DNA of 63,653 bases, filler included, from Octopus bimaculoides (Eukaryota): assembly GCF_001194135.2 (NCBI RefSeq). It is 5 parts of 5 records of this genome, joined end to end, with 100 filler letters (N's around TTAATTAATTAA, not from the genome) between each part and the next. Parts side by side here need not be neighbours in the genome. Positions count along the whole stretch, not along the records: positions 27,016 to 35,515 come from NC_068993.1; positions 35,616 to 58,152 come from NC_068994.1; 3 more parts are not named here. One strand, written 5' to 3'. The notes beneath the pieces were generated by a model, which was not told the DNA's origin, did not search any database, and saw only the letters and a program-made list of their open reading frames with translations. A program made the translations under genes and the position numbers. Positions within the stretch are counted from its first letter, which is position 1, and every line of letters begins with the position of its first letter. Below are positions 27,265 to 40,429 of the stretch, in pieces.

Positions 27265-27488
27265 TTTAAATTTTTCCAATAGTAATAACGTATATGACTT
27301 GAGATATTTGTCTTTCTTAACGTTTGTTGTCCTCTTTAACAATTATATATCCGCTATATCGGAAATCTATAATGGCTCCATAACTACCGTCTCGACTATA
27401 ACCTTGGAACCCTGGTAATCCGTTATAGCACTTACCTAGCGTACCAAGGCGTTCATATCACCTGTGAACTAAACCCTCATACTTTGTG

Positions 27489-27520
<32 letters not shown>

Positions 27521-27628
27521 CGCATAATTTTGTATATTGAGTATGAGAAATATACATGTTTGAAGAATCAACACTCACCACTAAATTCCACTACGTACCA
27601 TAGAACTATATTGCTGTAGAATTATGCT

Positions 27629-27835
27629 TTCTAGAACAGGCACAAGGCTTGACAATTGGGGGAGAAGGATAGTCGATTACATCGATCCCAGTACTCAAAT
27701 GGTACTTAATTTATCGACCCTGAAAGGAGGAAAGGCAAATTCGAACCCGGAAGCATTTGAACTCAGAACGTTAAGACATGAAATACCGCTAAGCATTTTA
27801 CCCGGCGTGCTAACGACTTTGCCACTTCGCCGCTT
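27629..27835 (-). mobile_element. SINE family A copy
   Basis: Similar to 15461-15672. Confidence 0.85.
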
Positions 27836-28115
27836 CTGCCGCTGTGCCACTGTTACCTTGTCAGCGGAATAGCTAGGTGTAAAAGTACCTTCTAATATTG
27901 TTCAGATATGATTATAGATTTGTTTGCAACAGATCCAATCGTATAGTTTAGATCAGCGGTATAAATAACAAAAAAAATTCTGAATATCTAAATTCTATAT
28001 CTCTGTATTTGTTTGTTTCTGCGTATGTGTGTGTGTGTGTGTGAGTGCATATGTGGGTGGGTGTGTTTATATGTGTGTGAAAGAATGTGTTTCTGTGTGT
28101 ATGTGTGTGTCTGTG

Positions 28116-28151
<36 letters not shown>

Positions 28152-29471
28152 GAAACTCACACACACACACGTACACACACATACAAACACACATAAACAC
28201 AAACACACATACACACACATACATATATACTGAAATTCATATGCATGCACACTCCTATACACGCACAGGTGGATAGACATCAACAAATGTACATAGTCAT
28301 CGATATTTTGAACGCGTTAGCTTCCGTGTTCTATAAGTATATTAGCAATTTTCTTAACGCTTGTCAAACTAGCACCGGAATGAAAAGTAGCTTACCTACA
28401 TGTAAACTCTATTTTCGAGTGTTTACTAACGAGGAGCCTCCACCTTCCTCTTCAATATGGTTGAAGTAGTAGCAGACTCAGCTGTAAAAAGTCTCCTTAC
28501 GTCTTGAATATGATACATACAAGATAAGTATACTATTTCTAAAAATTGTTCTTCTCTTTAATACCGTTTTGGTGTTAATCCACTACAACAATAAAGAAGC
28601 ACGTCTTTCGTAGAGTCGAACTGACTTTATTTTCTCTGAATCACAACGGTAAAATTAATGGAATTCTGACAGATTTTAAATTTCTAACATTTACCAACAT
28701 ATTCTACCCGATGCTAACCATTTAGCAATTACACTAAGTTCGGAACCCAGCTTGTTTTGCCTAAAATCATAATAATATTCCTGTTTCATTCCTCAGAAAA
28801 TCGATATATGGTTTTACATTTATAAATGAAACATACTTCCGTAGAATTATGTTTTTAAAAGCATTCTATACTGTGCTCTGTGCAGTTGCAGATAAACGTA
28901 TGATTGTAGATGTAAGGCATATTTTTATATACATGCGTATGTGGTAACAAATATAAATGCAGATTACACTTCTTATGTAATGAGTAGTTTAATTCGTATT
29001 TTTGTACTTGAAATCTGTAGAGTTATTGACTGTGTCTGACATATAAATCATCAAGTAAAACTTCCTTTCTAACGTATCAGCCGTTCTCCGCATCTTAAAT
29101 CAGTGGCTCTCTGATAAATCTCATTATTTCAGTGTGTGTGTGTGTGTGTGTGCATTTACTAACGGAGATCTCTTTGGACAAATTCTAACGAATCTAAGTT
29201 TTCTTAATGTTCAGCGTTAACCTCCACGTTTTTTCTAACTCCAAAAGCAAATAATTTCAATAAATGAGGAATATATGTATAATATATATCATTTATCTTT
29301 GTGCTTTCATATTCATGCACTGGCCACTTTGAATTATCTCCCATTTATATTTAAATTATTAAAATTGCTCTAGGCTACCAGTTTGCTCTTCCTTTCGTAC
29401 TTGACTATGTATCTCACTCCACAATATAGTATTTGATTACGTATCTCTCACCACAATGTCCACATTGTGTA

Positions 29472-29512
29472 CTGTGCTGATGAGGCGTATTGAGAAAGAG
29501 ACATGTTTACAG
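29472..29512 (+). ncRNA. Degenerate hammerhead-like motif
   Basis: CTGTG-CTGATGA-GGCG...GAGACATGTT-TACAG: 5-bp stem I and palindromic ACATGT; GAAA core and stem II damaged. Confidence 0.35.
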
Positions 29513-30551
29513 CTCTCTGGTTGTATCTTTAAATCATAATGTATTTTTCCTTAATTACATATCAATTTCAACGAATTCTTGATACTTGAGGTTACATTTG
29601 CTTCTCATTTGGAGTTGGCTCCAGATGCCAAATGCATTAATCGAAGGTAAGATAATTTCAATATGTTATGAAATTATCTAGTGTGGCGTGTCTTTATTCA
29701 TGCCATTGACCGCTTTTAATTATTTCTTTTTACTCATTACCTCAGTCCCATATGTATGTGTGTGTGTATGATATTTATTATGCATGTGTATATGTAAGTA
29801 TATATCATATATGTATATATATATATATGTGTACAGAGAGAGAGAGACACACACACACATATGTATACATATTTATATGTATGTAGAAATGTGTATGTGT
29901 GTGTGTGTGTGTGTGTGTGTTTGTGTGTTCTTAGTTGCCATTTGGCAATTGCGCTTATCATGCTGTTCGGTAATTGCGATCATACCTTTTATCAATATTT
30001 TGATAATTCAGGAATGTATGTTTGATTCCATATACTTCTTTCTGATTATGTTGTTCATATACCTGACACTGGCGACTCTCAATATTTCTTGTAGCTCAGA
30101 TGTTTAACTTGTGCGAATTACCCGAGCCATAAATGTGTTGTTGTTTTTTTTTTTTATATCTTTGTACCTTGGCTACTGGTATTAGGTTAGGACAATCAAG
30201 TCAGAAATACGTGTTCACGGTTATCCGTTTATCTCCTGAATGTAATCTATCCGTTCGGTTACGGCATATCAAGTTTGGGCAAATTCTTGGTACTTGAAAT
30301 TATCTACCATTTCATAGGTAATTATGACACATCGTCTAAGGATGGGAGTAATTTTAATAAAGAGCGAATTTTTACTGACTCATATACACTTGTGGTTCCT
30401 GTACACGTCACTGGCAACTCTGAGTTAATTCTCTTAGGTTGTTTGTTTATTATACCTATATGTGTGTGTAAGTATATTATATNNNNNNNNNNATACATAT
30501 AAAAGTTATTGAAAAAAGGCCGCAATAATTATGCACCAACCTAATATATTA

Positions 30552-30851
30552 CGGAGCTGTACTTGCTTAGCAAATGATTTGATCTGAGATCGTGTGAAGA
30601 AACCAAAACAACTGCAGCGTGGAAGGTGTTTATAAACCATTTGAAAACACACACAAACCGTTAGATTCACTTCAACATTTAAATTTCATTTGCTAAAATA
30701 TATTGTCGCTTTGAGACCGAGACCTGATCACTGACAAAATCTAACGGTTTTTGTGTTTTTAAGTGGCTTATAAACACCTTCTACGTTAAAATTGTTTCTA
30801 TTTTAGCACACGATCTCAGATCAGGTCACTTGGTATGCAACTACATCTCCG
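30552..30851. mobile_element. 300-bp MITE with about 125-bp TIRs and TA TSD (Tc1/mariner type)
   Basis: TA|CGGAGCTGTACTTGC..GATCTGAGATCGTGTG..CCGTTAGATT mirrored at ..CTCCG|TA. Confidence 0.85.
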
Positions 30852-30946
30852 TAATATATATACATGAGAACATTATTATTCATAAAAATAATAACGTAAA
30901 TGTCCGCAATCAGAAAAGACGTATAGGTGAAACTAATAATTATATA

Positions 30947-31108
30947 TACTAAATAAGCAACTGCTTTGCTAGGGACAGGAGTCAAAATACAGAGGAATCA
31001 CTAAACTAATACAGGCATGGCAGGAAAAGTGCCTGTATTATTTCAGTGATTCTTCTGTGGCTTAGGAGTATTTTGATTCCAATTTCTAGGGAAGTAGGTG
31101 CTTATTTA

Positions 31109-31111
<3 letters not shown>
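30947..31111. mobile_element. 165-bp palindromic MITE, TA-flanked
   Basis: CTAAATAAGCA/TGCTTATTTAG ends; near-perfect fold-back with a 12-nt loop (TAATACAGGCA/TGCCTGTATTA). Confidence 0.75.
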
Positions 31112-31150
<39 letters not shown>

Positions 31151-32083
31151 ATAATAATATTAGGGACAAAATCCAAAATTACAGGTAAAAAACTCAATTA
31201 AAATCAAGTTATAAAAATTAAAATTAAATTGAGCCTTATAGATATAGTTTTAGGGAAAATAACCAATTTTCAAGAACTCATCGATGAAAATCCACTATCA
31301 CATATAGAAAAATTAATAATTAAAAGCACAATAAATGAGTATAATATAAAGTAAAGTAAATATCATAAGATAAATATAATATAATATAATAATATATTTA
31401 TTATNNNNNNNNNNNNNNNNNNNNNNNNNNNNNNNNNNNNNNNNNNNNNNNNNNNNNNNNNNNNNNNNNNNNNNNNNNNNNNNNNNNNNNNNNNNNNNNN
31501 NNNNNNNNNNNNNNNNNNNNNNNNNNNNNNNNNNNNNNNNNNNNNNNNNNNNNNNNNNNNNNNNNNNNNNNNNNNNNNNNNNNNNNNNNNNNNNNNNNNN
31601 NNNNNNNNNNNNNNNNNNNNNNNNNNNNNNNNNNNNNNNNNNNNNNNNNNNNNNNNNNNNNNNNNNNNNNNNNNNNNNNNNNNNNNNNNNNNNNNNNNNN
31701 NNNNNNNNNNNNNNNNNNNNNNNNNNNNNNNNNNNNNNNNNNNNNNNNNNNNNNNNNNNNNNNNNNNNNNNNNNNNNNNNNNNNNNNNNNNNNNNNNNNN
31801 NNNNNNNNNNNNNNNNNNNNNNNNNNNNNNNNNNNNNNNNNNNNNNNNNNNNNNNNNNNNNNNNNNNNNNNNNNNNNNNNNNNNNNNNNNNNNNNNNNNN
31901 NNNNNNNNNNNNNNNNNNNNNNNNNNNNNNNNNNNNNNNNNNNNNNNNNNNNNNNNNNNNNNNNNNNNNNNNNNNNNNNNNNNNNNNNNNNNNNNNNNNN
32001 NNNNNNNNNNNNNNNNNNNNNNNNNNNNNNNNNNNNNNNNNNNNNNNNNNNNNNNNNNNNNNNNNNNNNNNNNNNNNNNNNNN

Positions 32084-32225
32084 AAGAAGAAGAAGAAGAA
32101 GAAGAAGAAGAAGAAGAAGAAGAAGAAGAAGAAGAAAAAGAAGAAGAAGAAGAAAGAGGAGGAGGAGGAGGAGGAAGAAGAAGAAGAAGAAGAAGAAGAA
32201 GAAGAAGAAGAAGAAGAAGAAGAAG

Positions 32226-32255
<30 letters not shown>
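32084..32255. repeat. (GAA)n/(GGA)n microsatellite
   Basis: Seen directly. Confidence 0.98.
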
Positions 32256-32256
<1 letters not shown>

Positions 32257-34465
32257 GAGAAGAGGGGACGTTTCTACAATGAGGATGTTTTGTTTATTGA
32301 ACTGAATGATGCTGATTTTTTCCTGTACAAAATTTTTATTAGTCCATTGTTTGAATGGCGATGGATCCCATAAGTTCGGCTGGCAAACAAGACCCTGGTA
32401 ATCTCCTTTCGTTCTATGACAGCTACTATTGTTTTGATCATTTAATGTTGAAATGGCGATTACATTTTTCAGTCAGTTGTTAGAGTTCAGCTGGCATGTG
32501 AGCACTTTATTTATCCACCCGCTACTTATGCATGCACTGATCCAGTCGTGATCCCCTTCTGATCTCCACATCACCTCTTCCAATATATGTTGAAGTTGTA
32601 ACAAAACACCTGTTTTTTTTTTGTTTTGTTTTTTCAGACTCATTTCCTGATGTTAAACCAGTTCATAAGTATATAATCTGCACTAATAGCCACCTGCTGA
32701 TCGGTGTATAGTCTGCACAGTCGGTAAATCTGACATCGATACCCATGTAGAAAGCTGGACTTCCATATTCTATAAACGTCTTTTATAGTGGAGCACATCA
32801 TACATGCTAGCTTTTTCCATGTTGGTGCTGATATTTATAATTTGGCACCTTGTGCTTACCCTTGAGAAAAACTCAACACTTCCACAAGCTGTTCATCGCT
32901 ATCCGTTTCATCTTCTTCAACAGACTCTTCATCATCATGTTATTACACCGTGTAACAATTTTTATTTTCTTATCTTTGGTCAGTAAATGTTATTTCCCAT
33001 TTGCTTCTATCTAAAAATCAAAGGAAATTACTATTATTCCTTTCAAACTTTGCTTTTGTGACCTGGACATCAATGTTTTGAAACTAACCTATTTTCCATT
33101 ACATTTCAGACAGATTCAACTCTGAGTTGCTGAAGCAGAAATATCATTAGAGCGAATATTCTGCTCAATACCACAGACTTGTTTGTCAGTTGCTTGATGT
33201 TAGCCAGTTGAGCATGTCCCTTTGTGGTTGACAATATGTGCATCATGGGGACAATATGGGGACAATATGTGCATCATAACCATGCATTGAGAGGAATTCT
33301 TAAGGGTTTGAATAAATGTAACAAAAGCAAAATTTGAAGGAAGTATTAACCATTTTTCATACTTTTTAGGGGTAAGCAATAGGAAATAACAGTTGCTACC
33401 CAAGAACAAGAATCTTGTTACACATAGTTATCATTGTTGTCATCGAAATTCCAACAATGCATTTATGGTTTCATTGCAATCATCCATCACCCTTCTTCTA
33501 GAAAGAATGTTGACAAATTATGTACAAGAAATAAGACGCAGACACACACAGACACAAATTCTCTCACCGCTCATTTTTATGTGATTACTTATTTGCACCT
33601 TTTCAAATCCCATCTCATCGCTTTTTTAACACATTTTTCTTGTAATGGTGCCTGATAAACAAATTAGGGGAAGCAAATAGTGCCACGCAGTGGGACTGAA
33701 CCCGGAACCATGTGGTTGGGAAACAAGCTTCTTATCATACAGCCACGCCTGCGCCTATGCATACATACAGCATACATGTACTAATCGCTAGGTTATTTCA
33801 TCCTGTTTTCTTTTTCTTTTTCTATATCGTATCATTCTTTTTAGCCTAAGATTGTACTTAGACATTTCAAATTTTCTATTTCGTTCAGCTTGTATGCATT
33901 GTCTTCATTTAATAAACGCACTTTCGATAAGTATTATTTTTTTCCTTTACTATCTTTATTATATACACTTTTTCCGAACATGCTACACTATTTCTAACTT
34001 ATCATATACGAATTAATAATATACTCACCTTGGTAGCCTCCACCTTTTTTCTAGATTTACATGATACATTTTAGAGTAATTCTTGAATAACATTAATAAA
34101 TTGTATGACTTCAACAGCTTTACATTTATGATTTATGTATCTCTGAGGAATTACGCTCAATACTTATATTCTAATTCAAATAATTTCATGCACGGAATTA
34201 TATTTCAAACATTAAAATATTGCATATCTATAGCTTCTTATCTCTTGTCTGATAAATTAGTTGTTTTCTATATTAATTTAAATTGATTTAGGCTGAAATT
34301 TAAAGTCTGAGATCATTCATCTTGTATTTTTCTCGCATAAGTTGTTATTCATTCTGACGCCGCATATTCTGAGATCCTCCTTTGTATTCTATATGAATTT
34401 CGATTATCGTCATTTTCTAAAATCTTTCTTACATCTATCATTCTAATTGTTAGTGTTGTTCTTGC

Positions 34466-34521
<56 letters not shown>

Positions 34522-34522
34522 A

Positions 34523-34565
<43 letters not shown>
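34466..34565. repeat. (TAG)n microsatellite
   Basis: Seen directly; another array at about 25432-25513. Confidence 0.98.
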
Positions 34566-34904
34566 CTGATTAAACTTTTCATCTAATCTATCATTTACTA
34601 CTTACCGTTGTTGAAACTTCTTTCTTAGAGAAATAATACTGAGAACTATAAATTATGTGTGTTTGTTTGTATGTGTGTGTGTGTGTGTGTGTGCGTGCGC
34701 GCGCACGCACACACACATATATACATATGCACATATACATATGCATGTATACATACATATATGTACATACCTACATCTACATGTGTATATAGATGCATAT
34801 TCGGATACAGGACGTTAGAAAAATGAACGGGAACATAAATACAAAACGGACTTTGTTTACAGATAACAGAACGAACACATAGGAAAGCAAACAAGCCACT
34901 TATG

Positions 34905-34968
34905 GAATTATTACTTCATCAGCTGCCTCTATACTAAACTAGGCGTTTCGAAGATAAGGCAGGACGCA
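34905..34968 (-). ncRNA. Candidate hammerhead ribozyme with non-circularly permuted strand order
   Basis: Minus strand reads GCGTC|CTGCCT-TATCTT-CGAAACGC-14nt-AGGCAG-CTGATGA-AG. Stem III GCGT/ACGC, GUC cleavage triplet, stem I CTGCCT/AGGCAG, intact CUGAUGA and GAAA; stem II minimal. Confidence 0.55.
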
Positions 34969-35354
34969 CTCTTAGAATAGTTTCTTCCTAACCCTAACCC
35001 TAACCCACTAAACAGAGGATTCCAAGGTGGCAAACACAAACCAAGACAGGAAAAATTGGACAGTGGAAACAACATTAAAAAGTCGTAGGGCCAAACACGA
35101 TGGGATATTGAACGCTAGTGATATAACGAAGCTGGACGGAGAAATAGTAGGTTCGTCATCGCCTTTATGCTGGCTGAAGTGAGAGATAAGTGACCACAAG
35201 TCACATGTGAGCAGAGAGGAGTGATAGAGTGAGGAAGTGGAACAAAGGTGGGTGACGAGAGACAGGGAGGTAGAGTGAGGTATATGTATAGCAGTGAAGG
35301 GGAGAAGCAAGGAAAACAGAAGGAAGCAGAGCAAAGGGGGAGATAGGTAAGGAA

Positions 35355-35411
<57 letters not shown>

Positions 35412-35615
35412 GTCGCATCAGAAATATAAAGTTGAAACTTACTTGCAAATGGACGCCTGCGTTCGATGATATAATAATACAAATGATATATAAGCATATG
35501 CAATATATATATATANNNNNNNNNNNNNNNNNNNNNNNNNNNNNNNNNNNNNNNNNNNNTTAATTAATTAANNNNNNNNNNNNNNNNNNNNNNNNNNNNN
35601 NNNNNNNNNNNNNNN

Positions 35616-35646
<31 letters not shown>

Positions 35647-35880
35647 TTGCGGGCTTATAAAAATATGTATATGTCTATAAAAAAATGTGAAGAATTATAA
35701 TTACAGTGAGATGTAGTGAGAGGGTTTGCAATGGTTGATCGAAATGAAACTGCATATATTTGTCATAAATTCTGGGACAAATGTATTGTTGCTATATTTC
35801 ATAATTCGTATTCAAAACAGGAATGGGGAGAAGAAAAGAATCAAAAGCAAAGCATTATATGTTGATTTTAAATGATGGAA

Positions 35881-35917
<37 letters not shown>

Positions 35918-36009
35918 AAGGTCATATATTTTTTATTTTTCTAACAAGCTAATATATGACAATCAATCAACTACTAACGAAACACATTGCGAAACACATT
36001 GCCAGTCAT

Positions 36010-36860
36010 ATTAGAAAAGCAAATAGTTAAATTTTTCATTTCAATTTTGTGCATGCGCATTGTTTTTGATTTTGTTGACTACACAGTATAGTATGGTCAG
36101 TTGGGCACTGTCTATGAGAAAACCAGCACCATGATGTAATTCACTCTGCCAGAAATTCGAAAACGACATGTACTGCTTGGTATTCACACTGGAAGCTCCA
36201 ATACAAACATTTCAGAATGTTTGGGTGTCAGTCTGAGAACATATACCAAGAGTAATAAAAATCAAACATCCAGTCAACATCATGTGTTTGGGGTGATCAC
36301 TAGTGATGGCGACAGTATGCCTCCAGTCATCTTCCCACTTGGCCTCAGTCTCAACATGGAAGCCTACATCAAGTGCCTAAAAGAGGTAGTGCTGCTCTGG
36401 GTCAAGAGGGTGGCTGCTGGAAGTCCCTATGTCTGGCAACAAGACTCTGCACCATGCCACATAAGCAGGAGAACCCAGTCATGGCTATCAGACAATTTCT
36501 GTGACCACATCACCTCTAACATCTGACCACCTAACTCCTCAGACTGCAACCCCCCTTGATTATTATGTGTGGGGCACAGTTGAGTGAGAGACCAACAAAA
36601 CTCCTTGTAACACCAAAGATGAACTGAAGGCAAGAATTATGGAAGCATTCACTAACTTAAACAAGGAGACCATCTATAAGAGTTGCAGGAGATACTGAAG
36701 TCATCTGGAGGCTGTAGTTGAAGCCAATGGCAATTTTATTGAATAAATTTATTCTTTAGTATTTCAAGATATTTTTATGTAATTTTGATAAATATATCTG
36801 TTAAAATGAGATGTCAGAGTTATTTTCATTTTTGCGTAATTTAGAAAGTTTGCTCACTGC
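36010..36860 (+). mobile_element. Internally deleted DD37D (maT-type) Tc1/mariner element
   Basis: VFGVITSDGD..YVWQQDSAPCH..PPNSSDCNPLD with 37 residues between the 2nd and 3rd catalytic D (one stop, one +1 frameshift); C-terminus EAVVEANGNFIE*. Confidence 0.9.
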
Positions 36861-36962
36861 ATATATATATAATTTTATACATATATATGTATGTATATTT
36901 ATATGTATATATATATATACATATACATATATATAAATATATATATATATCTATATATATAT

Positions 36963-37003
<41 letters not shown>

Positions 37004-37876
37004 NNNNNNNNNNNNNNNNNNNNNNNNNNNNNNNNNNNNNNNNNNNNNNNNNNNNNNNNNNNNNNNNNNNNNNNNNNNNNNNNNNNNNNNNNNNNNNNNN
37101 NNNNNNNNNNNNNNNNNNNNNNNNNNNNNNNNNNNNNNNNNNNNNNNNNNNNNNNNNNNNNNNNNNNNNNNNNNNNNNNNNNNNNNNNNNNNNNNNNNNN
37201 NNNNNNNNNNNNNNNNNNNNNNNNNNNNNNNNNNNNNNNNNNNNNNNNNNNNNNNNNNNNNNNNNNNNNNNNNNNNNNNNNNNNNNNNNNNNNNNNNNNN
37301 NNNNNNNNNNNNNNNNNNNNNNNNNNNNNNNNNNNNNNNNNNNNNNNNNNNNNNNNNNNNNNNNNNNNNNNNNNNNNNNNNNNNNNNNNNNNNNNNNNNN
37401 NNNNNNNNNNNNNNNNNNNNNNNNNNNNNNNNNNNNNNNNNNNNNNNNNNNNNNNNNNNNNNNNNNNNNNNNNNNNNNNNNNNNNNNNNNNNNNNNNNNN
37501 NNNNNNNNNNNNNNNNNNNNNNNNNNNNNNNNNNNNNNNNNNNNNNNNNNNNNNNNNNNNNNNNNNNNNNNNNNNNNNNNNNNNNNNNNNNNNNNNNNNN
37601 NNNNNNNNNNNNNNNNNNNNNNNNNNNNNNNNNNNNNNNNNNNNNNNNNNNNNNNNNNNNNNNNNNNNNNNNNNNNNNNNNNNNNNNNNNNNNNNNNNNN
37701 NNNNNNNNNNNNNNNNNNNNNNNNNNNNNNNNNNNNNNNNNNNNNNNNNNNNNNNNNNNNNNNNNNNNNNNNNNNNNNNNNNNNNNNNNNNNNNNNNNNN
37801 NNNNNNNNNNNNNNNNNNNNNNNNNNNNNNNNNNNNNNNNNNNNNNNNNNNNNNNNNNNNNNNNNNNNNNNNNNNN

Positions 37877-37904
<28 letters not shown>

Positions 37905-37908
<4 letters not shown>

Positions 37909-38071
37909 GACAGGCTTCTTTCAGTTTCCGTCTACCAAATCCACTCACAAGGCTTTGGTCGGCCCGAGGCTATAGTAGAAGACACTTGCCCAAGGTGCTA
38001 CGCAGTGGGAATGAACCCGGAACCATGTGGTTAGTAAGCAAGCTACTTACCACACAGCCACTCCTGTGCCT
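37905..38071 (-). mobile_element. tRNA-derived SINE family B (head and core)
   Basis: rc gives A box GTGGCTGTGTGGTAAG, B box GGTTCATTCCC, core TTGGGCAAGTGTCTTC. Other pieces at about 1050-1100, 6901-7100, 16545-16698, 33675-33757, 50506-50700, 51205-51310(+), 62205-62400. Confidence 0.85.
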
Positions 38072-38569
38072 AGTAGTTGATGTTATATAACTCCAGGTCA
38101 GCTTTAGTTGATGAAAAAACATCCTTGTCTTGGCCAAGCTCTCCATTTTAGGAGTATCCTAGGATTGCATCATACAATGCAGCCCTCATTCTTGCTGTTT
38201 TTCTCTGACAAGAGATATGCCTGATGTTTGTAGCAAGTGAAACAACCATGTAGATCCTCTTGTTCATCAGCTTGTTATCATTGTTGTTGTTGTTGCTGCC
38301 TGTCAGTGCTGGTGCCACTAAAAAGGACACCCAACGCACTCTGTAAAGTAGTTGGCACTAGGACGTGCATCTAGCCATAGAAACCATACAAAAGCAGACA
38401 ACAATAGAGCTTTGTGCAGTCCTACAGCTTGCCTGTTCCTGTTGAACTGTCCAACACATGCCAACATCAAAAATGGATGATAAATGATGATGGTGACTTT
38501 AAAACACCAACCCCCATCTTTAAAAAAAGCAAAACAAGAGTCAATTTTTTGGGATAGGAGGGATATCTC

Positions 38570-38772
38570 TTTTACTCTCTTTTACTTGTTTCAGTCATTT
38601 GACTGTGGCCATGCTGGAGCACCGCCTTTAGTTGAGCAAATCGACCCCAGGACTTATTCTTTGGATGCCTAGTACTTATTCTATCGGTCTCTTTTGCCGA
38701 ACCACTAAGTTACGGGGACGTAAATACACCAGCATCGGTTGTCAAGCGATGTTGGGGGGGACAAACAAAGAT

Positions 38773-38811
<39 letters not shown>

Positions 38812-39090
38812 NNNNNNNNNNNNNNNNNNNNNNNNNNNNNNNNNNNNNNNNNNNNNNNNNNNNNNNNNNNNNNNNNNNNNNNNNNNNNNNNNNNNNNNNN
38901 NNNNNNNNNNNNNNNNNNNNNNNNNNNNNNNNNNNNNNNNNNNNNNNNNNNNNNNNNNNNNNNNNNNNNNNNNNNNNNNNNNNNNNNNNNNNNNNNNNNN
39001 NNNNNNNNNNNNNNNNNNNNNNNNNNNNNNNNNNNNNNNACCATGTGGTTGGTAAGCAAGCTATTTACCACACAGCCACTCCTGCGCCTA
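38570..39090 (-). mobile_element. SINE family B, full length with an internal microsatellite and gap
   Basis: Tail CTTTTACTTGTTTCAGTCATTTGACTG.. through head ..CACAGCCACTCCTGCGCCTA. Confidence 0.85.
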
Positions 39091-39540
39091 TGTTTGCTGC
39101 TTCATCAGGTTAAGACTCTGTGCAAAAATAATGAACTGGTGTTTCTCAAAGACTGTTTAAAATGTGTCTTTGGCCTCATTGTAATTAAATGTGGTTTTAT
39201 ATATCAAACACAGTGATCTTTCTGTCTGTCCATCCATTTGTCTGTCTGTATTTACTTATTTCATCTGTCTATCTGTGTACTTATCCATACTATTATCTAT
39301 CTGTCTGTGTTTGTCTGTCTGTCTATCAAATTTCTTACCTGTTTTTTATCACCTCATTTGTTTACATAGTTAAACATTAAAATTTAAACCAATAGCAAAG
39401 TACCTATTGCCTGTTACACTATTTCGGTGTGTGTGTGTGTGTGTAGAATAAAGAAAATGAACCCTCACTTGCTGACTCAGTCACTTAACTTTACCATAAA
39501 AAATTACTATGAATAGGTGTTTAGCCATAAACAACTAAGT

Positions 39541-39688
39541 AGGAGAGAGAGAGAGCAAGAGAGAGAGAGAAATAGAGAAAGAGAAATAGAGAGAGAGAGA
39601 GAGAGAGAAAGAGAAATAGAGAGAGAAAGAGAAATAGAGAGAGAGAGAGATAGAGAGAGAGAGAGAAAGAGAAATAGAGAGAGAGAAG

Positions 39689-39726
<38 letters not shown>
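39541..39726. repeat. (GA)n-rich microsatellite
   Basis: Seen directly. Confidence 0.97.
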
Positions 39727-40429
39727 CGAATGTGTGGGTGTATGTGTGCACATGTGTCTCGGGGCACTGCATAATTGAAAAACAGAAAATAAGAACAACT
39801 GGAGAAGGTGACTATTTCCCAATCTTCTGTGATGGTCTGTTAGTCATGAATATAAGAATTCAGAAAGTTTGAAGGGGATTAAGGACACCTGTCATATGTC
39901 ATAAATGTTTGCCAAGGCCACATCACATCACAGCAATGGTCACTACCTCACTCTCTCTTTTTCTCTTTCTCTGCCTATCTGTCTGTCTCTCTCACACACA
40001 CATACATACAACCCCTCACACACACACACACATTTGTTTGACAATCGCATCAAGGTTCTAAACTTCAGAGCAGAATTTGTTCTGAATATCAAACTAGACT
40101 TATGTTTATTTAATGGTTGATTTTCATTAGTAAAATCAAGATGCCTAGGTTGATATGTTATTGGGTCGTCTGTTCATATGTCACAAATTCAAACTTGTGT
40201 TTCTGTGCAGAGACTCTTTATTTGTTGTTGTTGTTGTTGTTATTATTGAGTGAGAGAGCAGTGCATGCCATCAAAGTGACACTGGGGTAAAATATACGAA
40301 GCCCATTATACCCATCAAGACTACCCGTCTGATAAGGGTACACATGAACTAAAGACATATGCAAATCTTTCTGTAAAATGTAGATGATATTACCAGAACC
40401 GATATTCTTTAGGAAGAATTTTAAACATC

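Noticed and set aside
28396-28538. Minus-strand AG|GTAAG donor with two candidate acceptors
   Set aside because: All three frames contain stops; isolated splice motifs occur by chance in AT-rich DNA.
31260-31300. CGATGAG..GAAA motif on the minus strand
   Set aside because: Core damaged and no stem I; at best an unrecognisably decayed hammerhead.
32851-33010. Minus-strand exon-like segment with strong splice signals and an acidic stretch
   Set aside because: The only plausible frame contains three stops; no partner exons or recognisable product.
34029-35460. Several possible 14-22-nt minus-strand microexons (near 34030, 34600, 35440)
   Set aside because: Weak acceptors, inconsistent phases and no supporting protein similarity.
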